DNA from: Tubiluchus corallicola
Lineage: Eukaryota; Animalia; Priapulida
Assembly: GCA_030141605.1 (NCBI GenBank)
Contig: JAQGDQ010000064.1
Location: 238,116-302,115 of the forward strand
Reading direction: 5' to 3'
Length of the DNA: 64,000 bases
The notes beneath the pieces are model-generated. The model was not told the origin of the DNA. It ran no database searches and worked only from the letters and a program-made list of their open reading frames with translations. A program made the translations under genes and the position numbers. Shown here piece after piece: positions 53,428 to 64,000 of this stretch. How positions within the stretch are numbered: position 1 is the first letter of the stretch; the number at the start of each line of letters is the position of its first letter.

Positions 53428-53506
53428 GCTGCTGTTGCTGTTTCTGCCGCAACTACTGTCGCTGTCGTTGTCTTTGTTGTTGTCGTGATTGTGGTGGTTG
53501 TCGCCG

Positions 53507-53562
<56 letters not shown>

Positions 53563-53685
53563 CCTGCTGTTGCTACTGACAATGATGACGATGTTGACAA
53601 GGATGACAACAACGACGACGAAGATAACGACGACGACAATGACGACGACGACATGATGACGAGCATGATGATGTGATGATGACTG
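53428..53685. repeat. (GTT)n/(GAC)n trinucleotide array
   Basis: Directly visible. Source of the poly-N/T/V ORFs. Confidence 0.95.
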
Positions 53686-54095
53686 TAATAATACTGTAAT
53701 GTAAACGCCTCTCCTTGCCCCTCTGACGTGCAACCTAGGCCATATCAAAAGCATTATAGGTCCCGGGCTGTGCAACGGGGACCCTACCTACACAACCACT
53801 CACAAGAATACAAATGTAAATGGTCGATAAAATTAAACATATAGGCCTATTTATTGCATTGGTACATCCAACAAAAGCAGCGATTAAACGTTAAAAGACA
53901 TGCTGTACAGCAAAGATTAATCAACATAAACGTTTGAACAATATGACATGAGCCTTGAAAAACTCGGAAATTTCAACATATAATTGATACTCACTTAGTG
54001 AGCCATATTGACTTGATATAATTTTAAATCAAGTGTTCACACATTTGCAAAATTTCTTTGCAAATTAATTCGTGAAGCGGATTAGGATTAAAGCT

Positions 54096-54183
54096 GGGAT
54101 AAGGGTTAGAGTTAGGGTTAGGGTTAGGTTAAGGTTAGAGTTAGGATTTAGGTTAGGGCTAGGGTTAGGGTTAGGGTTAGGGT
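54096..54183 (+). repeat. Degenerate interstitial TTAGGG telomere-like repeat
   Basis: gttagggttagggttagg...agggttagggttagggttaggg. Confidence 0.85.
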
Positions 54184-55078
54184 ATTTAAATTGTATGGGG
54201 ATTGTAAATTCCTTCCTTATTTTCCATACACATGCGTGCAGGTCAAATGCTGCTGCCTCAAAATGCTACGAAGCTGTTTCAGTGTTAAAAATGAACGTCA
54301 TTTTCACAATTTTCATCAAGGGCTATGTAGTGCATACTTGTTCAAAAGCCGGTGTCGAACTGTAACACAATAAGAAATATGTATAGTTTAGTATAGTATT
54401 ATATAGTATTTATTTACTGACAGCAAGTCAAAACATACATAGATGTTGGTTGTTAGCAGGAGAAACCACTGTAAATTTTACCTACACGTTTGTCACCAGA
54501 TCTTAAGTAGGAACCCTAAGAAACACTATAATTATAAAACAGTGGTAAGTTACACAGACCATTCTATATTAAATAAACTTTTTCTTAACAGGAACGCCTA
54601 CGCTAACGAGTTATGACTGTTATGTGTAAGTCAAATGGCGGCTGTTGTCATAGTATAGCTCTGCGATGACACAATGTTTTCCGACGGGCCTTGGTTCAAA
54701 GGTATGTTTATTAAACCTTCGTTCTTGTGTACTTAGGATTAAACAAGTAGATCTGCAAGCTTTGTTTAATATATACCATACAGTTCTTGACTCCACCAGT
54801 GCAGGCTTATATATTTTCAACGTGGGAAAATCGTTTGTTATTGTTGGGAGTTGAAATTATAAAAATTAGACTTGGAGAAATTTTGCACACAACAAAGGTG
54901 ACTGTTTTGTTACGTTTTACGTCTGGTGAGTCTTTTTCTATAAATTTAATTGGAAAAAGAAATAAGATATAGCAATTTTTGGGTGCTTTATGTTTTTGGC
55001 ATAATTAGTTGACGTATAACATGTGGTAGCTCAAGTACATTTTTTTCAGTATTTACGGTTTCGAAATAAACAACAATC

Positions 55079-58000
55079 ATGGCCGCAGGTTGTGGAGCAT
55101 CGTGCGCCAAAATGCTTTTATTCATTTTCAACGCTGTCTTTTTTGTAAGTATTGTCAATGGTAGTTTTCCATTTTTAATAACTAGCAATTTTGTTAGCAT
55201 TTCAATTAGTAATCATAAAAATATTTTTCTAAGGTTTAGGTTTTGTTGTCCAGGAATTTCATAGGATAATATAGTTTGTCGTATGCCATTACGCCGATAT
55301 CACAGTGAAGTATAATTAATTTTTAGCTAACTATGATTATTATACATTAACTAACTAGACTGTACATTAACTAATGGCAGTCTTATAATACAAGCGGTTC
55401 GATGGCTTTCCTTAGATAAACTGATAATGAGCGAAAATAGGGAAGTGAGGATATCATTGATATTGAGTCAGGTTCGCGTCGCGCAAACATCGAGTCAGGT
55501 AGGTTCTGAGGATGGATTTCAGCTTGGCGGTTTTGTAGTGTGCCAACCTATATAGAAAACGACAAACAACTTTTTTATAATTTGCTATACATTAATAGTA
55601 GCTAATAACTAAAATTATTATCTCCTCGGTTCTCACTAGTGATTCTGATTTACATATTACGGACGCCATAATAAGCAAAAAGTAATAGTTGAAGAATTCT
55701 ACAAAATTATCCACGAACATGACTAGGCCTGCGCCTAGTTAGCACTCGGAATTAATACAAACATTCATATGCGAAAATATTTCATACCAACACTGTTCTT
55801 TGGCAATATAAAACGCTTAGACCCAGTATTTTTCAGTACGCGCTTCACAGGAAAATTAAATTGCCGGAAAATTAAACTGCCGAATAAGCACACATACATA
55901 GTGCATGGAAAACATAATTATCCATGCGGTAGGCCTGCGGATACCAGAAATAATTAATCCAAAATAGTCGATGTCCGGCTTTCATCACAGTTTTGCGAAT
56001 CATTTTCCATTGCTATTAACATGAAATATGTGTTGCACTTAAAGGGACAAACATGATTCGATCCAGAAACAGACATACTATACATAGGGCCACTAAATGT
56101 CAATCAAATGAGCTAAATATTGATAATTTTATTAATGTTTTTTGTTGTACACAAAGACTATAGTCATTAAAATCTACCTGAATGTTATTGCATCTAGTAC
56201 CTTCACAGTTTCTAACTGATGCTGAAAATTGTGGAATCATTTCACACACATTTTTGTGATGGTGATCTGGCAACAAATATGAAATGAACACGCATATCAC
56301 GTATATATATATATTCGTAATATACTATATACTATAGTATACTATACTGTATACTATATATACTATACCGGTATATTATACCGTTTCTGAAATATAATGC
56401 TTTGTGCACAAATTCCAATAAAAAACAAATACATAGAGTGCTGTACTTAATGTCAGCATTAGATTACTTTACTCCTTAAAATCCGTTTGATCCGTCTGTC
56501 CAGCCATTAGAATTTTGCAAAACTTTGCAGCTTTGTGGTGCAGGTATGTTGGGAATGGGAATATGGTTCATAGTTGCTGAAGAAAATTCATACTTTACCG
56601 AAATTCTAGGGGGATATGACAATTCGGACCCACTTCTCAGGTAATATTCTTTTAAATAGTTATTTTTGTTTAACGGAAATTGTTAATTCAGTGTCAATTT
56701 AAACATAAAAAGATGAAACGACTAGAAAAATGTTAAGTTTTGTTTAGTTATTTTATACATAACTTAATTGATTGCAGGTACTGCTAAACTGCATATACTT
56801 TATGCATGCTCACTAACGTATATAGCTGTACCATTTTAATTTACAGCGAAGCTACAGGCCTTAAAAGGCATGGCTTAAAACGAAAAAGAAGTGAAACTGT
56901 CGTGATGACGTGATGTGTTAGTAACGCTGCAGCCTAAGGATTAGCAAACGACGTATTGACTCTTAGCAAAGTTCAAATTAATATGAAGTCAAACTAATCA
57001 TGAAAATGTTTCAGCTAAAAACTTTTCGTACATGGAAGGTTATACAGAAACTGTATCATTTAGTAATGACTGAAAGACGAACTTCAGATTACATGTATCT
57101 GCTTTTCACGCACCTTAGTTCATTTAAAAGCCAGCCATAGTTCATTAAAAACTAGCATTTGGGTTCTTTATTTTGTCTTTTATTATAGTGTCGCAGCCTA
57201 TGTTGTTATTGGTGTTGGAGGGTTAATATTTATTGTTGGCTTTCTTGGATGCTGTGGAGCGTGTATGGAAAGTAAATGTATGCTAATAATGGTAAGATAA
57301 ATTCCTTATTTTATACTTAATACCTTTAGGTTTGTCACACATACAAGCATACATAATTGTCGCTTGTACAACGAGAGAAGATTAGCCAAATAAACTATAC
57401 CGACTAAAATACACGGAATAATAGAAATAATTAAAAATATGAGCATCACTTAATTCTGTGAATATGAAAAGATTATACGGAGATCAAATGATCAGAAACA
57501 CTAAAACTGATTCACTAAAGAAATGTAGATACAGCGTTATTAAAATAATTAACACAAATTAGCTAGCCCAAGCTGAGCATATTATGTCTCCGTCCATTTG
57601 TTAATTTGCCTCAAGAATTTACCTGACAGAAATTATGTATAAAGTATTATATATAACCAAGAAAACAAAAATTCTCATCTACAAAAGTCTAATATTACCA
57701 CATTATCTATATGGTTGCACTTTACTTCAAAACGTTAAATATGAAAACTTTAGAAAACTAAATACAATGCAAAACTACGCACTTAGATTAATTCATGGCT
57801 ACTCTAACAAAACTGCTAAACAACATGCTGCTTCTGCAACAAGCTCAAGAACGTCCACAAAAATACCAATATTAGAAGCCTATCGAGATTACAAAACACT
57901 GATATTTCTTTATAAATATATAAATAAACTGAGCATTCCATTTATAAACAATCCCTTAGCATTTATTCCTGATACCACATTGAACACTAGAACATACAAT

Positions 58001-60201
58001 TTAAAGCAAATTACAGTAAACAATAAATTTGGAAATAACTCTATATCAAAACAGGCCATACATTTATGGAACTTACTACCCAGTGAAATAAAACAAATAG
58101 AATCTCTCCACCACTTTAAAAAGAAATTAAAAGAATATCAATATAACAGGTTTCAACTTCCACATTGTGCATCTGATACTAATTACACGGACTCCACTTT
58201 CATATACCCCCGCCCCTGACTCCATATAATGATTAAAAATGAAATTTTTTTAAAAAATTATGTAATGTAATACGTGTTATGTTAGTTTCGTGTTTCGTAA
58301 TGTTAAATGTATAAATAGTGTGCACTATGTAATGTAAAACTTAATGTACTTTCCTATAATTGTTTGTAAAAATATTTTAATATGGTATTTGTAAATATGT
58401 TCATTATATTGTATATAGTTTGCACTTTAGTTTTTTTAGTATGCACTGGACGCATTTGTCTTGAACAGTGTTGTTATGTTAACATTACGCTGAGGCTAAC
58501 TCAATTTTATTATAATGAGGGAACCGTTTTTATGACAAATAAAGAATTAATATAATATAAAAAAAAGTAAGCTGATAGCAAAGCCACAATAAGTACCGTT
58601 CGCGGTCAAATTAGTACTTGTATGGAACCTGTAGTTCATGCTACCGTAGACGTATTGCTTTAATAAAACAATCTAGTTACAAGTAACCATAAATGCGACG
58701 TGCTTCAATTCGCAAACTAAACATAAAAATTTTCGAAATGGTCTTTGACCTTACAACAATAATAATAATCGTGGTGACTGTAAGAGTAAGAGGCACCGCC
58801 TATTTACACAAACTTGTGTAGTCATGTTAGTCATTAGTCTAGTTCCTGGTCATGCTTGAGTCACTTCAAGCAAAAATGCATCAAAAATGGAGCTGGTTTT
58901 TGAAGCGTTGCATACTTTCCTGACTTGTAATGTTTTATATAAAAATATTACAAAAACAAGAATACTGTATCGTTTTTGCAAACGCAATGATTTTTTATAA
59001 CCCTCTTTACCACATATAAATGCCTATTTTAATATTTTTAAATGGTAAGGCAAAGAACCGTCTGTTTCTTTTTATTGTCTGCCGCCATAACTGTCAATAC
59101 GGAACTACCACCACCACTACTAATACCAGTAGCACTAGTGCTACCATTATCACCACCACTATTATTACTACTACCACAACCACTGCCACTGCTTCTACCG
59201 ACTATCATGCATTACCCCTCCCACTCGCACTAGCATTACCACTGTTACTGCAGCTGTATTACTGGTATCGCTAACATAGTAATTATATGAATAGCATGAA
59301 TGTAGCGCCAAGCTATTTCTAACACAAGAAAAATCTTAAGAAACTGTGTTAATGGTTTAAACCTGATACGATACATTATGATTTTTTTTCAGTACACAAT
59401 CTTTCTTGTAGTCTTATTGGCAGCAGAAATAACGGCGGCTATTTTAGCGATTGTCTACCAAAGCGAAGTACGTATACATTTTAAGATTTGAAGATTGCAG
59501 TGTAATTCGTAATTTTTACGCTTTGTATTTTTGTCAATAATACAGTGTAGAATCAATAATATAGTATCGCATTCTTACTCTTTACATACAAATACATAAA
59601 TGGGGAGCTGTGTTTTTGAGAGAAATAAGCTAGCGTTTCTCATAAACATGACGGTTAACACCAGCCCCTGTAATCTGAAATAGATACATACTAATAATAA
59701 ATATGGCGACAAATCTATCAAGAATGAACACGTGGAATGACCTACACATTCGGTCAAAAAAGTGAGTAACATATCTAGTTTTAGAACTTCAAAAAGTTAC
59801 ATATAATTATAACAGACCTGTCCACAATGGAGACAAAGTAAATAGCAATGCAGACTCTTCACTATGCCATTCAGGTAAATGAGATTAATTTTTTTTAACC
59901 ACATCAAGTTTTAATTGGTTTTTAAAAGTTAAGGAAATATGTATATCATACAAATTATTATTATGATGTTTTTGTACGTCGTAGGTTTTAATTGGTTGTA
60001 GGTTGTACTGTTATTATGAGTTGAAAAGTATTTTTGATTTCTTTGTGTCATTTGAATTTGTATTATATAATTGTAAGTACTATGCTTGATATAGTTTGTA
60101 ATACGTGTATTTGTATTGTTATTTGTTTTTAACACTATCTCACACACAGAAACACAGAAATTAATTTTAAGTGGTCATCTACTCAACATTGTTTTCGGTG
60201 G

Positions 60202-60246
<45 letters not shown>

Positions 60247-63200
60247 GCGTGCGTGAGTGCGTGAGTGCGTGCGTGAGCGCGTGAGCGCGTGTGTGTGTAT
60301 ATGTGTATGTATATTCATATATATATAAAATGTATGTTTTGCAAAAAACGGGCGAAAAATGGCCAGTTTTCAAGATCTTTCGTTTGATATATAGATATAC
60401 ATATATATATACATATACATATATATATTTTTTTTCCAGAATTGCCATTTCCCAGAAAAATTTCTCTCTGAACAATAATTTCATAGAAAATAAATTTGAT
60501 AGAAAATGCTAAAAAAAATCTTTTTTAAAGAGCAGTTAGATAATACGCAATAAAAGTAGTCTATGTAAACCACAGTATTGATTAATAGGCATCATCTTAT
60601 CAAACAATTTAGCTAACTCGTTAAAGAAAGAAAGAAGAATTTTAACCTCAGAATGATTAGATAGCGAATCATGTTGATCTTTGTGTGTACGCAATAGGTA
60701 ATAATCACAGGCCTGTAATTGGCTACCAAAGTTAAACACTGCAAAGCCTGGCAACTGATTTGTTGGGATACCGCTTAGGAATCCTACTCTCGGGCAGTTA
60801 CTTTTACTGTGATAGCGAATGATTTCTTTCGTTTCTTGGTGTTTACGGAAGATGTGCATGTATCAAAAGGTGACCATGACTCTGCCAGTTCAGTCTTTCA
60901 TCTCAGAGAATTATCTTAATAATGAACTAGAGTCTGGTCTTGCAATAAAAGAATCTGTAAAAAATCATGCGAAGCAGCAGAATTTAATAGAGCTTATAAT
61001 AGAACTACATGAATATTCACAAATCTGTATAAGTTCACAAAGCACCATGGTGTTTTTATTTTTTCATAATTATTACTTGTTAAACTTTATTTCATATCCC
61101 ATGAACATCAATTGAATCTAAAGTGATTATATGCATCAAATTATACAATGAAAATTACTTTGAGAAAGCAATTTCATCCTAAAAACTTGAAATAGCAGAA
61201 ACGAAATTTCAAAACAAAATTAAAAAACAAGGTTGACCCACTTAAACAATGCATCTTTTTAAATTATTCTGATTTTTTATAGTCATTAGTTAAAGCGCTG
61301 TAGATAACTACAGGCGAGCAGAAAGAGCAAAACGAAAGAAAGATAGAGAGAGAGGGAGGATAAGGGAAAGAGAGATAAAGGGAGAGGACAGAGAGAAGAG
61401 AGAGAGAGAGAGCGGGGAAGAGACAAGGACCAAGGGAACGATAGGCAAAGGAAACAAGAGGAAATAGAGAGGGAGGAAAGAGAGAGCAAGAAAGAGACAG
61501 ACAGGGAAGGAGAGAAGGAGAGGGTGACAGGGATAAAAATTTAAAGAAGGAGAAGCAAACAGAGGAAGAGAAATCGAAGGCTTTATCCTACTAAAATAGC
61601 AGATTTAGCAGTTAAAAAGATTCCGTGATTTCTCTGTTGAAAAATCTTTCTGGGAAATGTTCTTTCTGCGAAAAAAATTTCTGGGAAACACTTTTTTGGG
61701 AAACGAGTCTAAACAATGCACAAACACTTACCTATATTATAATGCGTTATTGTTGTTGTAACTTTTTTTAGATCGAAGAGGAACTTGAGACAGCAATTGT
61801 AGATTCTTTACAACACTATGGCAAAGACGATCAACAAGCATTTACTGATGCGTGGGACGAAATGCAGCAGGGTCAAGTATGTACAAATTACATAAAGGCT
61901 ATCGTACAGAAAAAATAGATAAACTTTTAAACTCGAATATATATTGTTCAACTGCTACCTGTCCAAATGTCTACTGGCTTAAGCGACATAAACCGTAAAA
62001 ATGCAAAAAAAACACGCCACGTCTTACGCAGTCCCCTATTCGCCAATCCAACATTCATGACCGAGCTAGGCGATGGTATGCGCGTATTATAATAAAACTG
62101 GAATAGGACTAAGAATAGTTACTGAGAATTAAGCTCAAGATAGACCTTTTACGTACATAACGAAATCCAATGTACTAGTTTTTCAGTGACATGAGGCTGT
62201 GACATTTAAAAGCTTTTACTCGGGAATATGCGCGGACTTGTATCAGTTGCCAAATGTAATAAAACACGTTCTAAAATATATAAGCATTTGATAGCTTATT
62301 ATATACAAATAGCCTTATTTCTTATGCGTGTGATACATCAAAGCGTCCAACGCTTGGGGTTCGCGTCCAGCGTTCCGAAGCGAGAAAGAATATGTATACA
62401 TATATTATCAATAAGTGACGAAACAAACGATTTTGGCAACGGACGATGGAAGCTCTTCTTATTTTCTAGTGCCATGCGTCCAGCGTCTGTTCCTCAAACA
62501 TACAAAGAAGGATGGCCTGCAAATTGCTATACGAATAAATAATGTAAAAAGAAAGCATTGCAAAACTAAATTTGATATAGTCAATTTTGTTTTTCTGCGA
62601 AGCCTGAGATCGAGGACGCTTTGATTTTAGCTTATTACCCAGTGAACCCTATACCCTGGATGCTGAAAGCCAGATGCTAGTCGCTGTACGCTGAAAGCCA
62701 GATGCCAGACACTTGACGCTTTGGTATATCAGAAGATTAAAAGCCGAGTGATTATATTAATAATTAAAACAAACGTTAATAAGACAAATTATACTGTTAT
62801 ACTAGCTAAAAAATAATTAGCCCGACTTAAACTATCTAAACTCGCACAGTATTCATATTACATAACTGGTATGATAGTGAGATTTGATTGCCGTTATCAA
62901 TTTTCTATTAGTAATACTACGAGTACATGCATACTGGGGAAACCGTGGTCGTCCCATGGTCATGTCCCATAGTCCCATGGTCATGCTGCAAGAAACAATT
63001 GTCCGTCGTGTTTTATTTTTCTACGTGTACAGTGGTAGTTCGAAACGTTGTGCACTTACTTTGTTTTTCCTCGCTTTTTTTATTCGTTGTCGCTATTCTT
63101 GCCATTAAAAATTAATCCGTGCTTTATATCTGCTACGCAACTCTTTGACTGCTGCTGTTAATTACATTTTGTATAGGAATGCTGCGGATACAACGGTGTT

Positions 63201-63257
63201 GAGGATTGGTCAACGTATGGAATCCCATGGTCATGCTGTCCAGGAAATCCAGACGAA
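55079..63257 (+). CDS. Tetraspanin (TSPAN18/TSPAN1/CD82-like), first 6 coding exons; 3' end beyond the window
   Basis: Exons 55079-55144, 56531-56640, 57189-57291, 59393-59467, 61772-61876, 63177-63257 (540 nt, phases consistent). Motifs KMLLFIFNAVFFLCG...GIW, GFLGCCGACMESKCML, AEITAAILA, AWDEMQ, CCG and PWSCC. A probable 5'UTR intron spans 54926-55050. Confidence 0.93.
57635..58566 (+). mobile_element. 5'-truncated LINE (CR1/L2-like) 3' end in tetraspanin intron 3
   Basis: RT C-terminal motifs KILIYKSLILPHYLYG, KLNTMQNYALRLI and AIHLWNLLPSEIKQIESLHHFKKKLK, then an AT-rich 3'UTR, AATAAA at 58538 and an A-rich tail. Confidence 0.85.
60200..60430. repeat. (TA)/(GT)/(GCGT) microsatellite cluster
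   Basis: Directly visible. Confidence 0.9.
61320..61572. repeat. GA-rich purine tract
   Basis: Directly visible low-complexity GAGA/GGAA tract. Confidence 0.85.
62912..62992 (+). pseudogene. Decayed tandem duplicate of tetraspanin exon 6 (pseudoexon)
   Basis: Acceptor ttttctattAG, then TAA TAC TAC GAG TAC (real exon: GAA TGC TGC GGA TAC) and two in-frame copies of GTCCCATGGTCATG (PWSC). Confidence 0.65.
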
Positions 63258-64000
63258 GTAAACTATCTTAAAGAAAACATTTTAGTGTTATTGTTGCTTA
63301 CTGTATTGTTACATTTTTCCGAATTAATATTGATAAATTTGCATTAATATTGACAAACTAGCGCCCGACAGTTTTCTAGCTTCTGGCTAGTATGAATTTT
63401 CTGGCTAGCATGAACCCTGCAGCTGCTTTTTTTTTAAAGTGGGGCAATATAGCCAGCTTTATCAATTTGATTTTGCTGAATCTGAAAAAAAACAGTTGCC
63501 AGATCGAAAAATTGGTGGAAAAGGATCAAAAATGCGAAAACTGAAATGTTTTCCTTTTGCACAAATTATATGAATAAAAAGAAAGTCGAAAAAAATTAGT
63601 ATTAAAAGGCGTTTTGGCATCTATTCCAGGGTAGTTGGACAAAAGGATCCCATTTCTATTATTTTAATTCAGAAATGGGCGTCACACAAAACGAAATCTT
63701 GCCGATCATGCAATCATACAGTATTAACTGTTTCACCCAAAGTTTTTTTTCTAAAGACATTTTTATTAACTTGTCCTTATGAATCTAAAAATCTGTTATT
63801 ACACGCCAAAAAGTACGTATAGTGATTTAAACAGCCCAGTAAGCAAAAAAAAACAAATTTCCGTTTTTCTTAAAAGTTATGTAACTTTCCACAATGCTAG
63901 AATCCACCAACGTAATTAATTTTAGACTTTGGATCAATCAAAAGTCCTGCAATATAGCCACCAAGATGGTTGTTGCTAGTATATAAAGGCTTAGTTGTTA

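Noticed and set aside
59816-59874. Possible poison exon in tetraspanin intron 4 (AG...CAG|GTAAAT, in-frame TAG)
   Set aside because: The acceptor lacks a pyrimidine tract, and such site pairs are common by chance.
60536-61115. 107-aa and 98-aa ORFs in tetraspanin intron 4
   Set aside because: No recognisable domain. They lie between inverted TTCCCAGAAA/TTTCTGGGAA repeats, so are likely the interior of a decayed transposon.

Overview
AT-rich, intron-containing animal genomic DNA, probably a lophotrochozoan-like invertebrate. That placement is an inference from the Aplysia-like Kv1 N-terminus, TTAGGG repeats and a Meta-SINE-like relic. Three genes can be built by hand. (1) A Shaker/Kv1 voltage-gated K+ channel (+) has one large core exon (9918-11385) and two phase-compatible alternative N-termini: 8201-8313, or 783-958 + 3108-3372 plus exon(s) upstream of the window. 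(2) A 9-exon RAD51AP1/NUCKS1-family gene lies on the minus strand (40124-50102) and is not assembled in the ORF track. (3) A tetraspanin (+) starts at 55079 and runs off the window end. The rest is MITEs/foldbacks, a hAT relic, Helentron/Helitron-like repeats, LINE, Penelope and SINE fragments, and microsatellites. The most striking observation is at the Kv1 stop. The TGA after the PDZ ligand ETDV sits in the leaky context UGA-CUA and is followed by a stem-loop and an 88-codon in-frame acidic extension ending in a CaaX box (CPLL). That second stop is again UGA-CUA. This suggests tandem programmed stop-codon readthrough switching the C-terminus between a PDZ anchor, a prenyl anchor and neither. 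All gene models come from reading the sequence only and need transcript confirmation.
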